A stretch of DNA of 38,483 bases, taken from the NCBI GenBank assembly GCA_000934665.2, contig KZ538964.1, forward strand, positions 1 to 38,483, in the 5' to 3' direction. Source of the stretch: Catajapyx aquilonaris (Eukaryota). Shown piece by piece: positions 13,305 to 22,684 of this stretch. A program made the translations under genes and the position numbers. Each line of letters begins with the position of its first letter. Within the stretch, counting starts at the first letter, position 1. The notes under the pieces were generated by a model that had not been told where the DNA came from, searched no databases, and saw only the letters and a program-made list of their open reading frames with translations.

Positions 13305-13510
13305 AAGCTGCGCCATTTGAAACTGCCCCGCTGTCAGCTAGGGAGGTTACCAGAACAAGCATGGGATGGACCGGGTTGGATAATAAATTGAAACTCTATA
13401 TTTTAAAAATACAACATTTTCAGCTGAAAATATTAACAATTCCATTACAGTAAAGTTAATAATTCAAAAACTATTATGGTAACTGTGGAGGATTCAAAAT
13501 GGCATCCGTA
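13305..13510. promoter_or_regulatory. Probable PPT1 promoter region with oppositely oriented YY1/Pho-like motifs
   Basis: GCGCCATTT at ~13310-13318 and CAAAATGGC at ~13496-13503, upstream of the PPT1 ATG; motif match only. Confidence 0.3.
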
Positions 13511-13629
13511 TCATTACACCGCAGATGTTTTTACGAGAATTTTGATTGTGATAACGTGATAAACAAGATGTAAGTGCCTTATAAGCAGAGGTGATCAGGT
13601 CACAAATCCAGCTCGGTGCTAGATTCAAG

Positions 13630-14966
13630 ATGAGCTACTTACACACACTACTTATTCTAGTGGCAGTCCATTACTGCCACGGAGTGTCACTGTTTGAACT
13701 CCGCAACACCATCAATGATGACAAGCAGCTTCCTGTTGTGCTTTGGCATGGAATGGGTATGTTGGGAGATGTTGATTGTTTGCTGAATAATAATGTGCTT
13801 GTACTTGTTACAGGGGACTGCTGTTGCAATCCGCTCAGCATGGGTGCAATACAGAAGGTTATTGAACGGGAGATACCTGGTGTGTACGTGAAGTCACTGA
13901 TGATTGGCAGTAATGTGTTTGAAGACACTGAAAATGGATTTTTCGACAATGTCAATGACCAGGTCACAATGGCGTGCCAAATGTTGGCTGCGGATAAGAA
14001 CCTAACTAATGGCTACCATGCGTTGGGCTTCTCGCAGGGTGGTCAGTTCTTGTAAGTAATGACTGTGGCCATTTGTTAGTTAACCAGATTCTTTCCAGCT
14101 TGTGCGAGATATTGGCAAAAAATTTTGACAGCATTGTAGAGCTAATCAACAACATGAAATGCAGGGAGCTTTCAAATTTTTAGACATTTCTTGTAATATT
14201 TTCACTCAAAATGGTCTCTGGATGCGTTACAGGCGAGCTGTGGCACAACGCTGTCCCGACCCCCCAATGGTCAATCTCGTTTCCTTTGGTGGGCAACACC
14301 AAGGTGTGTTTGGATTCCCCCATTGCTTTGCAAGCAGCCATATTGTGTGTGAATACATCAGAAAACTTCTGAGTCTTGGTGCTTACACCAGGTAAGTAAC
14401 ATGTTTGTACCGTAATACAACTGGAAATAATAACCAGTTATACAGTCTTGTGCAGAACCATTTGGTGCAAGCTGAATATTGGCATGATCCACTTAAAGAG
14501 GATACATACAAGGAAAAGAGCATATTCCTGGCTGATATCAACAATGAGAAGGTTGGTACCCATAGTTCTATTGGGCTACAGAACAAGAGTGACTAAGCAA
14601 TTTCTGCAGGTTATGAACACACAGTACAAGGTCAACCTGCAAAAGCTGGCCAACTTCGTGATGGTTCGGTTCAACAACGACACTATGGTGCAGCCTGTTG
14701 ACACAGAATGGTTTGGATATTACAAGCCAGGGCAGGATAAGGACACAATTACATTGCAAGAGTCACAGATTTACACTGAGGTAGGTCGTAAAGGTGCATT
14801 TTCAGCATGACTATTTCTAATGACGCTGTATTTACAGGATTGGCTGGGATTGCAAGCAATGGACAAGGCTGGGAAGCTCCACTTCCTTGGGGTTAATGGC
14901 GATCACCTGCAGTTCTCAGATGAGTGGTTTGTATCTGAGATTATCGACAAGTACCTGAAAGTGTAG
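13630..14966 (+). CDS. Ppt1: Palmitoyl-protein thioesterase 1 (lysosomal alpha/beta hydrolase), 6 coding exons, 309 aa
   Basis: Exons 13630-13756, 13814-14051, 14233-14391, 14446-14551, 14610-14780, 14838-14966 (930 nt, all GT-AG, frame kept). Signal-peptide-like N-terminus, [35 protein letters not shown] (nucleophile Ser), [29 protein letters not shown] (Asp), GDHLQF (His). A possible 5'UTR intron is 13570-13622 (GTAAGT..CTAG). Confidence 0.97.
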
Positions 14967-14989
14967 GCGCTTTACTCCTTGACATGATC

Positions 14990-14995
14990 AATAAA
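14990..14995 (+). terminator. Polyadenylation signal of PPT1
   Basis: AATAAA 24 nt after the TAG stop. Confidence 0.65.
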
Positions 14996-15268
14996 ATACG
15001 CTCATGATTTCCAATGACTTGGTCAAGTTTGATATAATCTAGCCCCTGCATTTCCTTGTCCCATGACATTGAGGGTTGCCAGCAGCCTTTGAAAATTAAT
15101 AAGACTCAAGGTTTTGGATAGAAAAATGTATGGTTTTTTTGTGGCTTAGTCACTTTTTCCATTATATTAAGATTTATAATTCATTTACATCAGGCCTTTT
15201 TCCTAATCAAAGGGTAGTCAAAGGGAATGAATATTATAATGACTTGCTGCATTCTTTGTCATCACATA

Positions 15269-16195
15269 CGAGGAGTGATCAAAAAGTAAGGTCTCCAAGG
15301 CTGTAACCTTTATTCTGTATGAACACAAATGACGAAACTTACAGGGTACATGAGGACAATGGACATCTACTTTTCTACAAAGTTTCCACACCGAAGAACG
15401 CACTTGTCCCATCGCCAGACCAGTTTCTCAATCCCTTCCCAATAGAAAGGGGTGCCCTGTTGACAGCACCAGTCACGCAGCCTTCTTCACCTCATCGTCG
15501 CTTCGGAAATGCTGACCTGCCATGTCTGCTTTCAGGGCTCTGAATAAGTGATAGTCTGTGAGGGCTAGGTCGGGACTATAGGGTGTGTGAGGAAGAACTT
15601 CCCAGTCGTATCCATTCAGCAAAGCCATGGTGTCCCTCGATGTGTGCGGACGGGTGTTGTCGTGGAGAAGGATGACCCCAGCAGTGAGCAATCCTGGAAG
15701 TTGCGACTATCAATTCGGAGCGCAGTGACCCTGGCGAAGTTGCAGAAGGCCATCAGGTGGAAACGACCAGGATTGCTCACTGCTGGGGTCATCCTTCTCC
15801 ACGACAACGCCCGTCCGGACACATCGAGGGACACCTTGGCTTTGCTGAATGGATACGACTGGGAAGTTCTTCCTCACGCACCCTATAGTCCCGACCTAGC
15901 CCTCACAGATTATCACTTATTCAGAGCCCTGAAAACAGACATGGCAGGGCAGCATTTCCGAAGCGACGATGAGGTGAAGAAGGCTGCGTGACTGGTGCTG
16001 TCAACAGGGCACCCCTTTCTATTGGGAAGGGATTGAGAAACTGGTCTGGCGATGGGATAAGTGCGTTCTTCGGTGTGGAAACTATGTAGAAAAGTAGATG
16101 TCCATTGTCCTCATGTACCCTGTAAGTTTCGTCATTTGTGTTCATACGGAATAAAGGTTACAGCCTTGGAGACCTTACTTTTTGATCACTCCTCG
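15269..16195. mobile_element. mariner-derived fold-back MITE (927 bp) made of two inverted 3' ends
   Basis: TA|CGAGGAGTGATCAAAAAGTAAGG TIRs; 429-bp arms (15269-15697, 15767-16195) each encoding the transposase C-terminus HDN.RP.TSR..PYSPDLALTDY (D34D); 69-bp spacer also transposase-derived. Confidence 0.92.
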
Positions 16196-16581
16196 TATAA
16201 TGGATTCTCTAGAAGTCTAGAGAACCAGTCTGATGCTTGCAGAGGAGGGAGGGAAAGGGATGATATGCCAAAAGTTCTAAACAGTAGCCAACAAGTACAA
16301 AACTCGAGATGAAGAATTTTGAGTTTTCACTTTCACTTCAGATATTATTAGCTACAATTTCCACTAAAAATTATTGCCCAGTTACAATTTCAATCCTGCA
16401 ACAGTTGCTTTACCATTTGCTATCCTTTATGAATTTGGTTTTCCCATGGAGTTCTGCTCTCCTTAGATGGCAAAAAGATGCTGCAACTCACTTAATAATA
16501 TTCCAGTGTAACAATGATACCAATAAGCCATTCTCACCCTCACAATATGCATCTTCAATCTTCATACAGGTCTGGGTCATA

Positions 16582-16627
16582 ATACTAACTGAAATACTAA
16601 CAGAAATACTGACAGAAATACTGACAG
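16582..16627. repeat. 12-bp tandem repeat x~4 (ATACTRACWGAA)
   Basis: Seen directly; produces ILTE repeats in a chance ORF. Confidence 0.8.
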
Positions 16628-18794
16628 CCCATAACACTACAATTTTTTAAAAAGTAGCTGGCATGTTATAAGTAATCCCACAAATGAAATCCAACAATCT
16701 TCTTAGTGATTTGCTATTACAGTCTTCTTTTCTCTCTTTGCTCATCATCTCGTTTCTTCTTTGGACAGGGTTTTCCTCTAACAATGGGCTCAAATTGCGT
16801 TCTGTTCATTCTGAAGCGTCTTAGTATGATGATAGAGGCCAATATTTGAGTCCCAAACTAGGGTTTCCCATCAATGATGACATGCTTCCATGTTGCTGAT
16901 GGGGCTTATTGAACAAGTTAATTCATTACTTTGGTCATGTTGGGTACTGTAGGCCTTATGGCAGTGCAAGTATTTTTTGTCTGTATTGATCAGTCATGTC
17001 CATATTTCTATTGACTTAACCCTGCAATTAAAGAGGCTAAAAAGGAATTTTGTGGTTAACATTTTTTTTTATTTTAATGTGCACTTCTGTTAAAGTACTA
17101 ATGTACAATACTTGGTGATAAGGCAATCCCATCACATAACTTGAAAATTTTCAAACAGTTGCATATACAGTACAAGGCCTATAATAATCAGTTCACCCAA
17201 TCTTTCTTGGTATTGCACCATTTCAACATCTACAGGGCCTTTTAATTTAAAAAGCACTAGTATTTAAGACTCTCACTCAGCTGCAGTATATTAGCTTTAC
17301 AAACTATACACAGTTAGTTTTTACAGCTGCTCTACAACTCACCACATTCTGGATACCCCAGATCATTAATATTATCATCACTCATTACCCTCCCACAGTC
17401 TCAAACATGCATAGAAAATGTCACTTCAAGAGATGTAGTTGCCTAGTAAAGCTGTTGGTATGGAATTATCGTGTATTTATATTCAGGTAGGGAGAGTGGC
17501 AACTTTGCCTTCAGAAACAATTCAATATTGTCTGGCCAGGGTGAAAATTGAGATGTGGAGTTCGAGCTGGCTGGAAAAACCTATGGTGGGTCTGTAGCTG
17601 TGAATTTTATGTTCAGCAGATTACTTGGCAATGTCATGTAGCACAAGTACACAAGCTTACTACATGTACAAAAATATTAGGCAAGAGCTGCATAAGAGTA
17701 CATAAATTCTTTAAGCATTAACGAGATGAACATGAATTTTAACAAACATAAGTGTGCGTCACTGTTAAAAAATTAAGATTTTCATTTACAACAGAATGAG
17801 ACACAAGTTCAAGAATTCAATAACATCAATCAATAATTTCACCAGCAATTTCTTCAATTCTTTATCAAACACGAACAAATTTTTAAGTCTATTAACCCAT
17901 GAACTGAACTCCCAATGCAAACAAAATGCGGATCATGGAGTTTAAAGAGCATCCACATTACAGCCAATAAATCCACCAAGCAGAACCTCAATTTAACACA
18001 TGAACGGAATGGAATAACTTCAAAACAAAGAGAGAACAATATGACAGCTGCAATTTTTAAACTAAAAAACATGAAACTTTTTCATACTTTGGTGCTTGCA
18101 AGTGCAATGAATTGGTTGAATTCATGAAACTCTAAACAATGAAAAAAAAATATGCACAAGCAGAACACATCATATGTACCCAACTCCAACAAACTTATAA
18201 ATTTCCAATACATGCAAAATAAATGGTACAGGAGTGATGGTGAAAGCTGCTGTGGTTATCAAGCAACAGGCCCAGCAGTGGTGTCAACAGCACATAGCAC
18301 CTGTGAAATGACATTATTTCTGAATTAATTGCGGCTCAACATAATTTATGTGAAAACATGTTGATTTTCTATGGAAAACACAGTCCTCACATGTTCATCT
18401 TCTTCAAAAAAAAAACAGGTTTTTGGGGCAGGGAAAGGGATGTTGGGGGAAAGAGGGATAAAGGAAGTTACGCTATCTATGGTTCAATAGTCACAATAAT
18501 TAGGCCCTGTTGTTATAGTGTTTCATATTAGTACAGTACTTACCCCTACCAAATAATTATTATACTCTACCAGGTCATGCTTAAGATACGACCAAAAGTC
18601 CCATTCCACCTACACACATTACCTCTGAGGGCAGGTTGAGCCACTAGTGGTATATAAAAACCTGCCTTCTCTCTGTTATTAATTGTGGCTTAATCATTGA
18701 CAACCATTAATAACAAAGAGAAATGCGCACTTTTTAAAATACAATGTGGGCAGTGCACCTGGCGTCTGAACCTACCACAGAGAAAAAAATACTG

Positions 18795-19777
18795 TATTAC
18801 CTCACTGAAAGCGGCATGCCAGTGTAGTCGAGGTTGATGAGTTTTTAGAAATGCACGATCTGGTGGCTAGGCGAGGTTTTCTTAAGCACAGCATTATCAC
18901 GATCTCCGTGAAAATTATTGTTACTCAAATGAATGCATTGCACCATGTTCTACGGTGCAGATACAGCCCAGAACACTTCTATTGCCTGACACATCCCATA
19001 AGATCGTTCGTTAAGTTCTTTCATTCTCACTGCAGCATTTTCAATTAAAAGTCCAAGGCTGCAAGAAGGTAAGCATACCTACCAGGATATTTCATACGTT
19101 GGGTTTGGATTTTATTATCTGAGTAACGAAGATTCTCAGACATACTGATACCACTACACAAAGTGAACCTCTGATTGACAATGCAATCTGCGACCAGCGA
19201 ACTATTCAGCAAAACGAAGGACTGACAGAGTATGCCTTGATCCATTGTGTCAGAGTAGGGGGTTTCCTCCCAGAGCAGGCTGAATATGGGATTGGTCACA
19301 CTCTATGCCTTGTGCAACAGATGAACTTGCATATTCTCACAGCCCTGTAGGCATGTGCTAGCACATTTTTCACAGTAACATTATTACAGTACCAGATGCA
19401 GGGGTTGAAATATTCGGATGTAAAGGTGCCATTTGCACTCCAAAATTGTCATCTGCACTCCAAACTGAGCCTTGGAGTGGAAAGTTTTCACTCTAATAGG
19501 TCCTGCTTTTAAACATGGCTATACCCAGGAATAAAAAATGAAGCACTCCAAGTATGTAATTGGCAATCCAGATGAAAGTCTGGAGTGCAAACTTTGCATA
19601 TGGACAAAAATTTTAAAATTCGCCTCCTGCAGATGCATTCAAAAGAATTATACAAGGATCCAAATTATGGAAATCTATCTACCTCGGGTATTGCAGCATG
19701 CCGGCCACCCCTGGGTTACACCGGCATGCTGGCCGACCTCGTTTTATACCGGCATGCCACTTTAAGTGAGGTAATAT
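18795..19777. mobile_element. Old TIR element, unclassified
   Basis: TATTACCTCACT.AAAG.GGCATGCC.GT.TA...CGAGGT at left matches the reverse complement of ~19735-19777; no intact ORF. Confidence 0.5.
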
Positions 19778-20010
19778 GGTATAATGGGAAACCTGTAGTT
19801 TCTCAATAACCCCAGTACCAACTCCAAAAAATTTCCCATCTATTGGAACTGCACAGTCTTAGAAAAGGCTCAGGTCTGAATGGCATAAATTCAAAACAAG
19901 GAGAAAGAAAAATTGATCCTCTAATAAAGACCATAAGAAAATAAAATCCCTCACATTCCAAATTTCAAGAAATATTTCCAGTAGTCGATACATTGAAATA
20001 AAACGTTATA

Positions 20011-20686
20011 CAGAGTGTCCCACAAATTACGCTACCCAGAATTACATTAATAACTGTAACACAAATGAAGATATTGCAACGGAATTTGAACTCAAGCAAC
20101 CTCAACACGTGAGAAAGGAATTGGAATGGGTCTGACAAATGTGGGTGCTGTAATACTGACGCTGGAGCGACGGATCGGCCAGACGACACCTGAGCAGTGG
20201 TGCACGGCGGATATCCTTGCTTCCTGATCCAAACGTGGCCCAAACCTGTCAACAGGATGGGGCGACATGCCACACATCACATGTCACCATGGCTGAAATA
20301 AAGTCCTTGTTTGGCAACCGAGTCATTTCGAAGGGACTGTGGCCACCGCGGTCGCCCGATCTTACGCCACCTGATTACTTCTTAGGGGGCTTTCTGAAAG
20401 GAAGAGTGTACCGCAACAATCCACGATCCATCCAGGCCTTGAAGGACAACATCGTCCAGGAAATTCAGGCAATACCGCAGGATATGCTGGCCAGAACATT
20501 CCAAAATGTGTCGCGCCGTGTTGAGACCTGCCTGGCCGCTAATGGTGGCCATTTCCAACACATGTTGTGATGCCATTTAAAATCACACATGACAAGGTAA
20601 GTTCAGTTCAAATTTCGTTGCAATATCTTCATTTGTGTTGATGTTATGGAAGTAATTCTGGGTAGCGTGATTTGTGGGACACCCTG
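20011..20686 (+). mobile_element. Internally deleted Tc1/mariner-superfamily element (rosa/VS-like) retaining the transposase C-terminus
   Basis: TA TSD, ~82-bp TIRs CAG(A/G)GTGTCCCACAAAT; ORF 20217-20570 QQDGATCHTS..WPPRSPDLTPPDYF.GFLKGRVY..GGHFQHML. Confidence 0.88.
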
Positions 20687-20741
20687 TACAACAAATGGTG
20701 AGCCTCTTAACAAACACAATAATTAGGTCTTAAATGGAAGG

Positions 20742-22623
20742 TTGATTGATTGATGGTTTAATGGCGCAACAGCAGCAATGGCTATACTGCGCCAAGCACC
20801 TGTGACGTTGTAGGGGAGGGCAGGCAATACCACCCCAACCCCAACGTTAACTAAACCGAAGGTTTATATATGAGGCATTCCACGTCAACTGGACCCCCCT
20901 CCCCGACAAATCTTTTCCGATTTCCACCAAAACCGAGTATGTTGTAGTACACATGGCTGTGAGCAAGGACCTCTTTTTGTTTGTCCCTGCGACGCGTGGT
21001 TGCATATCTACAGGGTGCGAAAGGTGCTGATTTTTACGGATTTTGGCTCCGTCCGCCTTCAGTTGGAAGGCCATAACTTCGGGCGATTGCGACATATCCG
21101 AAATATGATTAATGGAATGGGAGGCTATTGTAACACCCTTTCAGACAGTATGAGTCACGTTCGTAAAGTTTTAAAAATTCAAATTAAAGATTGCGTCCAA
21201 ATGTTTCATTAATTTTTTTCTCAGAAATGGACATTTTTGAAAAATTTTGAATTGCGCTATAAATGAAGCCCGAGATGTTTTCTTGACATTTCCGGAAAAA
21301 AACAAGAGTAGACTTTCGATATTTATTGACAGGAGATATTTTTATAGGGCGCATCCCAGTTGCTCGCCCTGCAACGATTTTGGGTCCAGTGTACAGTGCA
21401 GTCGTTGATTGGGGATTTGTGGATCATTAATAGAGTGACCACTGTGGCATTCGAGTTAAAGCGTTTGGAAACAACCTTGACCCCTCAAAATTCCGAAAAT
21501 CCTTTATTGACACTTGGAAACACCACCTAGCTGCCCTAAGGTCTTGGCAGTTTTGAGAGCAGTCCGGCCTAGCAGCCAAAAATAGTCGGATAAAGAAAAG
21601 GATATGGGCAAGGAATCTGCTCAATGGCACTTGTGCCCCCACAGGTCAGTCACTTGTTTTCGGCGCCATGTGCAGCAAATGAGGGATGGCGGATGGCAGA
21701 TGGGGGGATGCACAGAGGGGGAAGTAGTAAGGCGTAAGTACACTGCACCCAAAATCGTTGCAGGGCGAGCGACTGGGATGAGCTCTATAAAAATATCTCC
21801 TGTCAATAAATATCGAAAGTCTACTCTTGTTTTTTTCCGGAAATGTCAAGAAAACATCTCGGGCTTCATTTATAGCGCAATTCAAAATTTTTCAAAAATG
21901 TCCATTTCTGAGAAAAACATAAATCAAAGTTTTGGACGCCATCTTTAACTCAAAATTTTGATATCTTACAAACACGAGTTCTACTGTCTGAAAGAGAGTT
22001 CAAATAGCTTCCCAACGCATGAATCAAATTTGGAATTTGTAACAATCTCCTGGCAGTTATGGGCCTCCAACTGAGTGCGGACGGAGGCAACATTATTGTA
22101 TGCGCTTTTAGAGTTTTTAAATAACACGAGTCTACTCTCATTTTTTTACGAAAATGTCAATAAAACAATGTAGGGTTCATTTTAAGAGCTATTCAAAATT
22201 TTTTTTAAATGTCCATTTCGGAAAAAAAAATTAATGAAACATTTGGACGCAATCTTTAATTTGAATTTTTAAAACTTTACGAACGTGACTCATACTGTCT
22301 GAAAGGGTGTTACAATAGCCTCCCATTCCATTAATCATATTTCGGATATGTCGCAATCGCCCGAAGTTATGGCCTTCCAACTGAAGGCGGACGGAGCCAA
22401 AATCTGTAAAAATCAGCACCTTTCGCACCCTGTAGATATGCAACCACGCGTCGCAGGGACAAACAAAAAGAGGTCCTTGCTCACAGCCATGTGTACTACA
22501 ACATACTCGGTTTTGGTGGAAATCGGAAAAGATTTGTCGGGGAGGGGGGTCCAGTTGACGTGGAATGCCTCATATACATATATAAATTTTTTTAAAAAAA
22601 GGAGATAATTAATTAATTATCAT
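20742..22623 (-). mobile_element. Short retroposon 3' fragment split by the Sola-like element
   Basis: 12-bp direct repeat TTAAATGGAAGG at 20730-20741 and 22624-22635; minus strand ends in a GGCGCA..TAGCCATTGCTG..TGCGCC hairpin and a (TCAA)3 tail. Confidence 0.55.
20872..22571. mobile_element. Sola2-like non-autonomous fold-back transposon (1.7 kb)
   Basis: GAGG..CCTC termini, 4-bp TSD ATAT; left arm 20872-21393, right arm 21738-22571, near-identical; explains the mirror ORFs 21000-21212 and 22231-22443. Confidence 0.75.
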
Positions 22624-22684
22624 TTAAATGGAAGGAACTGGAAGAAAGGGACTAAGAATATAGATGTACATAAATATTTGCCTG

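Noticed and set aside
21000..22443. Two identical 70-aa ORFs on opposite strands as a duplicated gene
   Set aside because: Mirror products of the fold-back arms; no coding hallmarks
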